A stretch of 64,000 nt of DNA, taken from assembly GCA_025558095.1 (NCBI GenBank), contig JAIVFI010000015.1, forward strand, positions 685,588 through 749,587, in the 5' to 3' direction. Origin of the DNA: Hyaloraphidium curvatum SAG 235-1 (lineage: Eukaryota > Fungi > Monoblepharomycota). Positions 25,638-37,386 of this stretch are shown in pieces; within the stretch, counting starts at the first letter, position 1, and each line of letters begins with the position of its first letter. The notes beneath the pieces were generated by a model. The model did no database searches. It was not told the origin of the DNA and saw nothing but the letters and a program-made list of their open reading frames with translations. The translations under genes and the position numbers were made by a program.

Positions 25638-27059
25638 CTACGCAACCAGACACCAGCTCTGCAACGTCGCCCTAGCCCCGGCCCCCCTGAGGATCCCAAA
25701 CAACCCCACTCCCACCGTGACCAGCGTCACCACGATCCCCCGGACCGCCGAAAACGTGATGGCGACGCCGAAGATGCGGGCGCAGTTGTCCTCCGCCTCC
25801 CTGGCGAACCCGTCGAGCACCGCCGCGCGGTTCGATGAACTGTGGGGTGGTTCCTCGCCTTTGCTGTCGTACGCCACGCGGATCGCCAGCGCCGCCCGAG
25901 AGTACAACGCGGCGCACCGGAAGACGCCGGCGTTGGCCACCGCCATCGCGGCGGCGAAGTAGAGCAGCTCCAGGGTGTGGAAGACGACGAGGGCGATAAG
26001 GTAGGCGGGGGCGCAGCCCGCGCCGAGGAGGTTGAGGAGGAGGGCGATTACGGGCAGGGGAAAGGTTGACGCCACGACGCCGACGAAGGTCTCCGAGGCC
26101 TGGACGCGGCGGCGCCATTTTGGGGCCAGGGTTTGGTAGACGGTTATGTAGGCCGGCGGCGGCGGGGGGGCGGAGACGTCGGGCAGCGTCGGAGACGCGG
26201 AGGGCACGGAGGCGGGCAGGGTCACGGATCCCGAAGGCAGCCCAGCGAGCGACAATCGGATGGCTCTGACGTCCAGCCTCGCGTCCAGTTCCAGTAGCGC
26301 CGGATCGGGCGAGAGCTCCTGGCCGATGAAGAGCAGGCAGAGGATTGTCTGGGAAACGATGGTGGCGACCATGATGAAGATCCGCCATGGGACCGTCCAC
26401 GTGTAGCCGCCGAGGGCAACGAACGGCGTCCAGTAGAGGAAAACGATGACGCCGAGGCTGATGCCGGTCATTGTCAGGCACAGCTTGCCGAACTGGATGG
26501 CCGCGGAGTTCCTCAGCGTGTTGCCGGCGCAAGACGGCTGCGGGCAGGTGCAGTCTTTGTTGTCCGGCCTGTGCTCCACGAGCGACGAGTCGGGGCAACC
26601 GGCGCACAGCTCCACCCAGCGTGCGGCCCCCGCGTAGATGTTCGCATCATCGGAGGGCGGCCGGTTCCAGACAGGCAGCGCGTTCGATACGAGGGCAACA
26701 TGGTACAGCGTCAAGAGGAACATCTGCGCCGTGAGGCCCACAGCGGCGCCGCGCACGTCGAACATCCCCGAGTCGAGCGCGGGCGTCCACGTGGTCGCCA
26801 TGACGGCCATCCACGGTGCCCAACCGAAAACAGTGCGCGTTATCGGCATGTGGTTCACGCGCGGGAGGCGCTGCAGCGCGAGCAGCCACCGCAGTGCGGG
26901 CACCGCCGCGAGGTCGGCGAGGAGCCGTTTGCGGCTGAGCGCGTCCGCGGCGCGCACGGCCTTTGCACGCTGGGCTCCCTCATCGTTGGGCTCGTCCGCA
27001 GACGCGGGCGGAAGCGGCGAGGGCAGCAGAGCCAGGAGCTCCGCGTCAGTAAAGGACAT
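25638..27059 (-). CDS. Multi-pass membrane protein, possibly gustatory-receptor-like
   Basis: 473-aa intronless ORF with ~7 hydrophobic segments, a Cys-rich loop, and C-terminal ARIFGVAITFSAVRGIVVTLVTV. Confidence 0.65.
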   Translation of the reverse strand: MSFTDAELLALLPSPLPPASADEPNDEGAQRAKAVRAADALSRKRLLADLAAVPALRWLLALQRLPRVNHMPITRTVFGWAPWMAVMATTWTPALDSGMFDVRGAAVGLTAQMFLLTLYHVALVSNALPVWNRPPSDDANIYAGAARWVELCAGCPDSSLVEHRPDNKDCTCPQPSCAGNTLRNSAAIQFGKLCLTMTGISLGVIVFLYWTPFVALGGYTWTVPWRIFIMVATIVSQTILCLLFIGQELSPDPALLELDARLDVRAIRLSLAGLPSGSVTLPASVPSASPTLPDVSAPPPPPAYITVYQTLAPKWRRRVQASETFVGVVASTFPLPVIALLLNLLGAGCAPAYLIALVVFHTLELLYFAAAMAVANAGVFRCAALYSRAALAIRVAYDSKGEEPPHSSSNRAAVLDGFAREAEDNCARIFGVAITFSAVRGIVVTLVTVGVGLFGILRGAGARATLQSWCLVA

Positions 27060-27446
27060 CTATGTCCAGTCCGGAACCGGTGCTGCGCGCCTTTGGCCCC
27101 CGTTTGCGCTCCGTGGAGGTCTACCCGCGGTCGAGGCTGGCCCCGTCGTCGAGGCAAGAGGATGCGATCCGCGAGGCGGTGGGCGAGCTCGGGCCGGGGA
27201 CCGCGTTCCGCGTGCCGGGCGCGCACGGGCCCGCGGTCGGGGGGGCGGAGGGAAGGTTCTGGAGGGAGCTGGACCCGGGGGCGTTCGCGGAGGGACGGAA
27301 GGGCCGGGCACGGTGGTATGCGTGACGGGGCGGAGGCTGGTCCGCTTCTTGGGGCATCTGGTCCGGGAGGTACGGAATGGACTTTCACTTCCTCCAATTC
27401 GCCCGCTTTCTTCCCGCCATGATCGGGCCCGCAACCCGTCTCTCAC

Positions 27447-28232
27447 TCACGAAAGCTCCCAACCAAGCATATCCAGCATCTCCCTCTCCGCCTGGACCAG
27501 CACCTCCTTCCTGAACCCCCCTGCCTCGGCCCAGCGCGACATGCGCGGCGCCGCCCCGTCGTCCGCGAACTTCCTTGCCAGCACCAGCGCGACGAGCAGC
27601 ACGAGGTAGTGCGACTTCCAGGTCCTCGAGAACTGGGGTGTCGGCGCCGGCAGGGCATCCAGGCGGCGGCGCAGGCGGCGGACGTAGTCCGCGGCGATTT
27701 CCACGTGCCCGGGGCCGACGGGGAGCAGAATGAGGAGGCGGGCTAGGTACAGCCGCAGGCGGTCGGATTCGGGGGATGCGCGAAGGAGGTGTGGTTCCCG
27801 CTCGGCCGGAGAGGGGACGAGGAGCGGGGGGAGGGCGTGTAGGCAGGTCGGATGGCGGCACTGTCCGTAGAAGCTGGCAGGGAGGAGGCCGAGGCGGTCA
27901 GGGCGGTCGTGCTGCGAGCGCAGCAGGGCCATCGCTCTAACATACCAAAACAGCATCGTCTCGATCAGGTTTTCCAGCAGCGCCGGCGGGAAGCGGGGGA
28001 ACCGGGTCCACTTGCCGTCCACCGCGGGGCTCCCGCCGAGCGTGGCCGGCGAAGCGGAGCGGCACGGCGAGATGTCGCCGTCGGCAGCTGTTACGTCCGA
28101 TGCGGCCGACGGCGGCCGGCATGGTTTGCGGTCCCCGCAGCCGGCGGCGCGGCATTGCGGAGGGGACGGGGACGCCGGGGCGGCCCCCCGCCGGTGGGAG
28201 GAGGAGCGGGGCGGCGATCGTACGGCGGGCAT
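27447..28232 (-). CDS. Divergent Pho80/Pcl-type cyclin (copy A)
   Basis: HYLVLLVALVLARKFADD...WAEAGGF....LVQAEREMLDMLGWEL, the C-terminal half of a cyclin box; probable in-frame intron after TMLFW. Confidence 0.72.
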   Translation of the reverse strand: MPAVRSPPRSSSHRRGAAPASPSPPQCRAAGCGDRKPCRPPSAASDVTAADGDISPCRSASPATLGGSPAVDGKWTRFPRFPPALLENLIETMLFWYVRAMALLRSQHDRPDRLGLLPASFYGQCRHPTCLHALPPLLVPSPAEREPHLLRASPESDRLRLYLARLLILLPVGPGHVEIAADYVRRLRRRLDALPAPTPQFSRTWKSHYLVLLVALVLARKFADDGAAPRMSRWAEAGGFRKEVLVQAEREMLDMLGWELS

Positions 28233-29273
28233 TCTTAGAAAGCGGGGCCGAGGGTTGCAGTTCGGCCGGGTGCCCTGGCGCAATGGGAAAGTGCGAGTGA
28301 GGTGAGTTGGTGTCCGGATTCATACCCTCAGGATCAGGATCTACTTTCCCCGATGACGTCGCCGGTTGATCTCTTCCGCCCTCCCGACAACACCAAACCC
28401 CCCTACCATTTCGCACCAAAGACCTCTCAAAGACGTTTACGGATGTCTCAGCAGAGGAAAGCCAACACCGGGACCGCTCCGCTCGCGCACTTGTGCACTC
28501 CGCGTGGGTCCCTTGGCACGCACAGCCCCGACAATCGGAGCCCCCATGCTCTTGGGAACACCTCCCGCGCAGAGCCGCCCCGCGGTGTCACCGCAGAACG
28601 GGCATCGCTGCCAGCAGTCAAACCTGCAGCCATGACGGCCTCGTCTCGGTCTCCCGGCCGTCGATTCGGGAGCACCGGTGCGTGACTCACAGTCGGGGCA
28701 GAGCCGTGGCAAAGCCGGGTCCCTTTCGACCGCCCGATCACCGAGCCCGCATCCCTCGATCCCGGCATTCAGATGCTCATTACGTGGGTCTTGTCCACCC
28801 TCCCGCCGACCACCGTGTCCCGCAGCAGCACCGGCAGCGCCGGGCTGTCCGCGGGCCCGACCACCTTCGCGTCCGTGTACCGCCCCCTGCGCACCCACGC
28901 CGCGAACCAGCCGTCTGGCCCTGGGACCGCCCGCAGCTCGCCGTCGCCCTCGGTGCAGCAGCTCGACGTCGCGCGCCTGGGGGTCGTGCGCGCCGACAGT
29001 ACCGCATCCGGCACTGGCCTTCCCGAGGCGTCCGCGATCGGCCTGGTCCACTGTGGGAAGCCGGATGTCCTGCGCCTCGTCCTTGGCGAGCGCGACGCCG
29101 AGCGACAAGCGTTGGGCGCCCGGAGAACCCGGGTAGCCAGATCTCGGTAGCGACGTCGTCGACGATCCCCTCGGAGAGAAGACGGGTAGCAGCACTTTCA
29201 ACGTCTCAATGAACAACACTCATTTGCCCCTCCCGTGCTACAGCGTCCGATCTCCCCCGCCCCCTCCCCCCGA

Positions 29274-30979
29274 TCAGCAATCGCTCACCCCCGCCGCCCA
29301 CCCGACGCTGGCCGGCACCGCCGTCTCCAGCCCCCCCTCGCGCCAGAACACCTGCACCCCGCTCCGCATCCTCCCCCTGCGCGGAGCGCCGTCCCCCAGG
29401 ATCCACGGATGCCGCAGCGCGTCGGCGGCCGAGGGCCGGTGGGAGGGGTCGGGGACCAGCAGCTCGCGGACAAAGTTGGCCGCGGCGTCCGAGACCTTCA
29501 GGGAAGCGTCGCGGGGGATCTCGTAGGCGGCGCGGGCGATGCGGCCAAAGAGCTCGTCGAAAGAGCCGCAGGATTGGAAGGGGGTGGCGCCGTACAGGAG
29601 CTGCAACGGGTGGGGTTGAGCTGGAGCACCGCGGCGTCCGCCGGCGGACGGCCCCACCTCGTAGGCGATGCAGCCCAGGGACCACATGTCCACCTTGCTG
29701 TCGTACCGCTTCCCCTGCACGATCTCCGGGGCGAGGTAGAACGGCGTCCCCGTGATGGTCTTCATCGCCTTGGGGTCCGCCGTCGGCACCACCGGGAACA
29801 GCGGCGAGTCCGTGCCCAGCTCGGGCCGCGTGGCGCTGGGCGCCAAGGAGCGGTCGTGGTCGATGAAGGCGCCGGCGAAATCGGCGATGCACATGGATTC
29901 CAGCCGGTCGGGCTCGCGGAGGAAGACGTTGGAGGGTTTCAGGTCGCTGGCGACGGCGGTCAGGGGGAAGAAAAAACCTCGCGGCGGGCAGCAGCTACCG
30001 ATGGGTGATGCCGTGCTCGTGGATGTAGGCCAGCGTGCGCAGCAGGATGGTGACGACGTACAGCGCATCCTCCTCCTCCATCAGCCCGCCGTTCTTGGCC
30101 ACGTACGACTGCAGCGTGCCGCCGTGGCAGATGGCCGTGACGATGTAGAACTTTTCCTTCTGCGGACCACGTAGCGCCGTCAGCAGGGCCGGGGCACGCC
30201 GCAGCGTGCCGCCCACCGTCTCGAGCATGTCCAGGTACCGCGGCAGGTGCGGGTGCCCGTTGTGCGAGCGCATGGCAAAGTAGCGCCGCCGGATGTCGCG
30301 CTCGAACTTGATCCGCGAGTCGTACTCGGCCTGCTTGGAGGAGGTGAAAGATTTCGGGTTGCCGGCGGGGAGGTTGGGCTGTTCCGGAATGGGCCACGGG
30401 GATCAGGCGGCGGTCGGAAGCGGGCCCGGGGGCCCCGGGCGGGCGTCCAACCTTAGGCATCGACTTGAGCGCGACCTTCTCGTTGGTGTCGACCTTGAGG
30501 GCCAGCTTGACGGTGCCCTCGGAGCCGCGGCCGAGGATCTTGAGGTCGCGGTAGTTTGCCTTGCGGCGGTTCTTCCCCCGCAGGTACAGCGCGGCCAGCT
30601 CGTCCGGGGTGGGGTCGACGGGGTAGCGGGCCGGGTCGGCCTCCTCGCCGGCGGAGCACACGGCGGAGGGCGGTGGTGCGGGGGCGGGGCGGGCGGGCGA
30701 GGGCGTGCGGTTGCCGGGCTGCGGCCCGGCCAGCGGGCTGCCCGCGGCGGCGGCCTGCGACGGCGCGGCGGAGGCGCCCGACACGCCCGAGTTCAGCGAG
30801 GCGATGGAGCCGCGGCGGTTGCGCGGCTTGGCCCACGGCGCCCACTCGCCCGCCGGCGAGAGCATGCCCGGGCCGCCGGGCGCCGGCAGCGACGGGTCGG
30901 TCGCCGCCCGCGCGGGCGACGGCGAGCGGTGCTGCGCCGCCGGGTGCGGCAGCGAGTCGGACCGCGAGGGAGCGTGCAT
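29274..30979 (-). CDS. CAMK-like Ser/Thr protein kinase (paralogue 3, DFA; multi-exon)
   Basis: LGRGSEGTV, VALK, HR/DLKPSN, ADFA, GTPFYLAPE, DMWSLG. Confidence 0.88.
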
Positions 30980-32317
30980 GGTCGGTGACAAAGTGGGGAT
31001 GCGAGGCCGCGCGGTGGGCGCCCGACTCGCCGCAATGACGTGCCGCCCCCGCGGCTGGCGCCAACCGGCGGAGCAGCGGGAGGCACTTTTGGTGCACGGC
31101 CGGCAGCGGAACAGATGTCCGGAGATTTGGAGGCGCCCCGATGGCGATTTGGAGGCCGCTTTCCCAGAATCGGAGCCCGAGATCGAATCCCCTGATGCCG
31201 CCGCGGGGGCCGACAGGAGAAATCGGAGTCGCCCCGCGGCTACGGGCGTCGGGACGGGGTGCGAACCGGAGAAAACGGGCTGCCTGATTCATAGAGACGG
31301 CCCTGCCGCCCGGAAGCCGGTGTCGACCCCATCAACGCGGAACAATTGCGCAACGGCGCCCGTGAAGTAGCGATGAGTGTGCGCCGTCGGGTGGCCCCAC
31401 GGAGAGCGCGCACCCACTATTGACAAATAACCGCCAGCCGGGCCCCGCCCACCTCCGATCCGACCGCATCCGACGGGGCCGACGGTTTGCTGTTTGCCAC
31501 CGACAGAAGCCCCAGCCATGTCCCGCCTGGCTCAGGGCCCATCCCATGCTCCCCCCAGGCGTCCGCCCGGAACATCCCCACGGATGCACCCCGCCGCAGG
31601 GACCGCCGTACGGCGAGGACGCCGTCCCTCCCTCGCGTCCGCATCGAGCGGCGCGGGGGTCGCCTCCCTGGACCTCCATCCCCGCCCATCGCGCGTCGCA
31701 CCCCCGCGCGATGGACCCGGCGGCCCCGCACCGTCCCCGCACAACGGCAATCGCGGGACACAAACCGCTGCTCCCCTGTCCTTGCGACGTCGCCGCAGCT
31801 TGCGGTCCGGGGACTCCTGGGGTCGGCTTACTCAGCAAGGGCCCGGCGCCGACGGTCCGACCCCTCGGTCCCCTGGGGACCGGGGAGCCCCCCCCGCCGG
31901 GCGGCGGCGCGCTAGGGAGACGCGGGCATGCACTGGAGCTACTGCGTGGGGCCGGGTGGCACGGCGGCCGGGGGACCACGGGAGTGGGAGGCGATCCTCG
32001 CAGGTCCGACGGTCAAGCCGCCAGGGATCCGAGGGCGCGCGCCGTGCTTGCACTCTGGCGGCCGGGTCTGCCGCATGGGGTACATGGAGGTTCCACAATT
32101 GCGGACATGTGCTCGAATCCGTCGCACGATCGAAATTCGTGGGGGAAATGCGATGCGTCGGTGACGTAACTGGGATGCTGGCTGGGGCAGGGCGCAAGGA
32201 AAACCTCTCCCTGGATCCGTCGATTCACAGCACCAAACGATTCACTCACATCAAACAAGGGAGCCTGCGAGTTCCCTCCCACCCGAGCCCCGCCGGCTTT
32301 CCTCAACGCCCCGGACA

Positions 32318-33087
32318 ATGCCCGCCGTCCGCTCCCCAACTCGCACCGCGCGGCCCTCATCGCCGCCCTTCTGCACCTGCCGATCCTCCGACAAAGCCCG
32401 CCGGCTGTCGCTCTCCTCGGCCGCCACCGCCGGCCGCGCGGACAGCGGCAGCATTCTCGGCACGCCGTCGCCGGCGTGCGGCTGCGACTCGCCGTCGACG
32501 CTCGCGGGCAGCCCGCCGCCGCGGGGGCCGTGGGACTTTTGCCCGGGCTTCCCGCCGGCGCTGCTCGAGCACTGCATCGAGACCATGCTCTTCTGGTGGG
32601 CTCCACCGCTTCCTAGGATATTTTAAGCAGTCCCTGACCTCGCTGTACCGCCGGGACTCCCAGCCTTTACGGCCAATGCCAGCACCCCTCCTGCCTCGGC
32701 TCCCTCCCCCCGCTCCTCCTCCCCTCCCCTTCGGCCCGCACATCCCACGCCGCAAGGGCCGCCGCCGAAGCCCCCCGTCTCCGAGCCTACGTCGCCCGCC
32801 TCCTCCTGCTGCTCCCCCTCCGCCCGGCGCACCTCGCCCGCGCGGCGGGGTACGTCCGCCGCCTGCGCCGCACCCTGGACCGCACCCAGCCGGACGACAG
32901 GGCTTCGCGCTTTTGGGGGGCACACCACCTCGTGCTGCTGGTATCCTTGGTGCTGGCAAGGAAGTTCTGCGAGGACGGGCCGGGGCCGCGGGCGCGGGAG
33001 TGGGGCGCCGCGGGGGGGTTCCGGAAAGACGTGGTGGTCAAGGCCGAGAGGGAAATGCTGGGGATGTTGGGGTGGAATCTGGCTTGA
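32318..33087 (+). CDS. Divergent Pho80/Pcl-type cyclin (copy B)
   Basis: MPAVRSP start, FPPALLEHCIETMLFW, intron, then HHLVLLVSLVLARKFCED...AEREMLGMLGWNLA; clear paralogue of copy A. Confidence 0.72.
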
Positions 33088-33207
33088 ACGATCGGCTCGG
33101 ACGCATCGGAAGCTTTGTCGCGGATGGGAGCACGGGCGGCACGTTGTGCATGGGAGATGTTTGGCACGGCAGGACGGGGGAGCGATGCGAATGGAAACGG
33201 ATGACGT

Positions 33208-35065
33208 TCACAACCTCGCCTGCCCTGCGCCCGCGGCCATCCGCGCCCTCACCGCATCCCTCACCTGCCTCCTCAGTATCTTCCCCGTCGCCCCCCTCGG
33301 CACCTCGTCCACAAACTCCAACCCACCCCTGAGCTTCTTGGTCGGGCTGACCTTCGCATCCAGGTACGCGCGCAGCTCCTCCGCCTTGGCATCCGTCCGG
33401 GGAACCGAGGGCCGGAGGACGACAAAGGCGCGGGGCACCTCGCCGTGCTCGGGGGAGGGGATGCCGACGACGCAGGCGTCCTGCACTTCGGGGTGGCCCA
33501 TTAGGAGGTCCTCCAGCTCCGAGGGGGCGATCTGGAAGGCGTTGTACTTGATCAGCTCTGCCGACAAATGCGAAATGGTCAGAGAAGAGCTTTCGGGGAG
33601 GCGGAGGCAACGCAGCCAACCCTTGAGCCGGTCCCGCACCCAGAACATCCGGTCCTCGTCGCACACTACCAGGTCGCCCGTGCGGAAGAAGCCGTCGGCG
33701 TCGAAGGCCTCGCGGGTGGCCTGCTCGTTGCCATGGTATCCGAGGAAGATGTTCGGGCCTTTGACGAGGAGCTCGCCCTCGTTGCCGAAGCCAACGGGGC
33801 GGCCCGTTTCGGGGTCGACGACTTGCAAGGTGCGAAGGGGAAGTGAGCCACAGCACATCGGGGCCGGACGACTCGCCGACCACCCACCCTTGACCTCCAT
33901 GTTCGGCAGCGGCTGCCCCACCGCACCCGGCCTCTGCCTCTCCCCGGCCTTGTAGATCAGCCCCGCGCACGTGGTCTCGGTCATCCCCCACCCCTGCTTC
34001 ACCGGCGCCCCGAACTTGTCCTCCATCGCCCGCTCCAGCTCCGGGCCCAGGGGCGCGCTGCCGCACATGATGCTCTCGACCGCGGAAAAGTCGTACCCCG
34101 ACGAATCCGCCTTGGCCAGCTGCACCGCGATCGGCGGGACCAGGTTCAGGTACCGCGAGCGGTACTTGGACCACGCGTCCAAGGCGAGGGCGACGTCGAA
34201 GCGCGGGTAGATGGCCACGCAGGCGCCGATGCGGGGGGCCATGAGCATGAAGGACATGAGGCCGGCCATGTGCGCCAGGGGGATGAAGCACGCGCGGGTT
34301 TCGGGGGCGGGGAGGGGGCCGGCGGTGCCTTCCTGCGTGGTCCCTGGCGGCGTGGGGAGGGTGAGCGGTCGGGGCGGGGTCGGGGGGGAGAGGGTACTCA
34401 CATTGGAGGACGTTGGCGACGAGGTTGTGGTGCGAGAGGGCGACCGCTTTGGGCAAGCCGGTTGTGCCGGAGCTGAACGGCAGCAGCGCCGGCGCCCGCT
34501 TGATGTCGTCCTCGGAAAAGACGACCCGCCCGCCGACGTCGTCCTCGGACAGCTCCCTGCCCCGGTCGACGAGCTGAGCCAGCGTGATCAGGTCCCTCGG
34601 CCCCTCGTTGTCCGTGAGCACGATGTGCGACCGCGGCAGCCCCGCCGCCTTCGCGACTTCGAACGCGGTCGGCAGCATCGACGCCTGCGTGAAGAGCACC
34701 CTCGTCCCCGACACCCGCAGCTGGTGCTCCAGCTCGCGGGCCACGTAGGCAGGGTTGCTGGGCGTCATCGCGCAGCCCGCGGCCAACACACCGTAGATCA
34801 GGGCCGGAACAGCGAGGGAGTTTGCCGCGTAGATGCACGCGACCTGCCGGCGGGCGAGGCCGGCCCACGGCGTGCGCGGGTCGCGGAGGGCGCGCGAGAC
34901 GGCGGCGGAGTCATCGCGCACGCGCCGGAACGTGATCGAGGCGCCGGTGAGGCCGTCGATGTAAGCCGGGGTGTCGAGGCGGGATTCCGGGCAGGAGCCC
35001 CAGACAAAGGTGAACAGGTCGACGACGGGGATGTCGATGTGGCGGTCGGGGAGCAGGTGGACCAT
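33208..35065 (-). CDS. 4-coumarate-CoA-ligase-like acyl-CoA synthetase, peroxisomal
   Basis: PFSSGTTGLPKAV AMP-binding motif, QGWGMTE, FFRTGD, ELIKY, GKILRR; C-terminal PTS1 ARL. Confidence 0.92.
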
Positions 35066-35400
35066 TTTGCCGTAGTCCTCGATAGAATTGCCGGGATTCG
35101 AAGGGGGAAACGCGTGGGAAAGCCTGGGGGACAACGACGAGGAGAGTGGAGGCGAGTGGCAAAGCGTGCGATTCGAAGCCAACGCTCCTCCTCCTTCTCC
35201 CGTGGATCAGATGGCCCAGATTCGATACGTTCTACCAAGTCTCTTGTTCTAAAAAGCTCTGAAAAAAATGAAGAAACAATCAGATCTCCAAGCCCAAAAG
35301 TCCGTGCTCCCGCTCTCCTTCCCGCCAACTACACTGGCAGAAACAAAGCTGGCCGAACGGCCAATCCAAACCCAAAACTGGGATGCAGGTCCGGCGCGGA

Positions 35401-37386
35401 TTAGTTGTGCGCCGGAGCCTCCACAGGGGCCTCCGCGGGGGCCTCCACGGTGACCTTGGCGTCGCCCTCGGCCCCCGAGTTGCCCGCCTTGTACGCGGCC
35501 TCGATCTCGGCCAGCTCCTCGTCCGACACCTGCGAGATGGGGCCCTTGAACCACTTGCGCGCCGAAACGATCCACGAGACGCCCGCGTAGATGATGACGG
35601 CGCCGAGCATGAGGGAGGTGTAGCTGGGGGACCGGATCAGCACCGCGATCGTCAGTCGGGCCGTCTGTGGACGTACTTCATGTTCTGGGCGGTGACGGGC
35701 ATGACCTGAGGCAGGCAAAGAAGGACGAAGAGGAAGGCGACCCAGAAGACCGCGATCCAGCCGATCACGACCGAGAACCGGCCGAGGTTCTGCGTTTGCG
35801 GGCGCAGGAGTCAGACCAGGTATCAAGCCCGCAAAGACGATACACCCACGAACTCGGCCTGCTTGAACTTGTCCTTGCCGAACGTGAGCCGGACAAACAC
35901 CGGGATCACGTACGCCGTGTTGAGCCCGATCGTGCCGACCGAGTTGAAGGCAAACAGCGCGATCGGCGTCCCCAGCGAGATGAGCGACAGCAGGAACGCG
36001 ACGGTGCACGACAGCCAGATGGTGCGCAGGGGGAGCTTGGTCCCCTTGTGCGTCCAGTGGAAGAACTTGGGCAGCGCGCCGTCGCGGGCGAACGAGTACA
36101 TCATGCGCGAGTTGGCGGTGCACGCAGAGACGACGCAGCAGAAGGAGCCGAGGGTGATGATGAAGAGGAGGATGGTGCCGCCGACCTGGCCGGCGCAGTC
36201 GACGAGGATCTGCACGACGGGGAAGCCGTACTGCGGGACGCGGACGCGATGAGCCGCGGGGAGGGAAGAATCGCGCCGCGCCAAGTGCCCACCGGGGTTG
36301 TCAGGGTCTGCTCGTAGTCCTGGATGCAGGCAAAGTAGGCGATCACGAGCAGCCACCCGCCGATGATGGACCAGATCATCGAGTGCAGCATGCCCTTGCT
36401 GGCCGCGGTGTGGCTCGACTGGGTCTCCTCGGAAAGGTGGGCCGAGGCATCGTAGCCGATGAAGGTGTACCCGGGAAGCAGGAACCCGATCATGAAGGCC
36501 ACGCCCATGTTGTTCCAGCCCGTGAGGTCCACCACCTCGGTGAACAACCACGAGGCGGGCCGGCGGGTCGGTGCGGTCGCGAGCAGGGTGATGAAGATGG
36601 CGAGTGAGCCAAAGACGTGCACGCCGACGGAGAAGTTGGTCCACAGGGCGAGCACGCGGTCCGAGATGGAGTTGACGATGCCGCACAGGACGACGACGCC
36701 GAGGTTGATGGCGATGATGTAGCCCTGCTTGTACTCAAACTCGTGGTTGATGGCGATCAGGCCGTAGATGAAGAGGGAAACCTGGTAGAAGGCGCCGGTG
36801 AGGCCGCCAATCTCGCCTGGGAGGACGCGATCAGATCGCGGGAAACGAGCGGGCGCAGGACGGGCGAACCTGCGATGTTCATCCAGCCGTTGAGCCACGC
36901 GAAGAACGGTCCCCAGGTGTCGCCGCCGAGCTTGGCGGACCAGTCTGTTCAGCGCGACGGGATCAGAGGGGCGCTAGATCAAGGGGTGCCCTCGGCCGGG
37001 CACCCACAGTAAAGACCGCCGGCGGTCGGGTAGGCGGAACAGATCTCGGCCATCGATGCGCAGACCGTCATCGCGAACGCGCCGACGATGAGCCACCCCC
37101 AGACGGCGGATGCGGGACCGCCGGACGCCATGACGAAGCCGACGAGGGGGGCAATACCGATCAGAATGGAAATGTGGGAGAAAGAGATGCCGACTGTCGT
37201 GTTCGGAAGGTCAGACCTCCAGAAAAGGCGGCAGGGCGGGCGGGATCACGCACAGTTGTGGAAGGCAGTCAGGCCGCGCTTGAACTCCTGCTTGTAGCCC
37301 ATCTTGGCGAGGCGGACCTCGTCCTCGGAGAGCACCTTGCTCTCGAGGGCGACGGGGGATGATGCGGCTGCAACAGGTTCCGCCAT
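35401..37386 (-). CDS. APC-superfamily amino acid/GABA/choline permease (copy 1)
   Basis: LAKMGYKQEFKR, MAEICSAYPTAGGLY/W, GYDASAHLSEET, SRMMYSFARDGALP. Confidence 0.92.
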
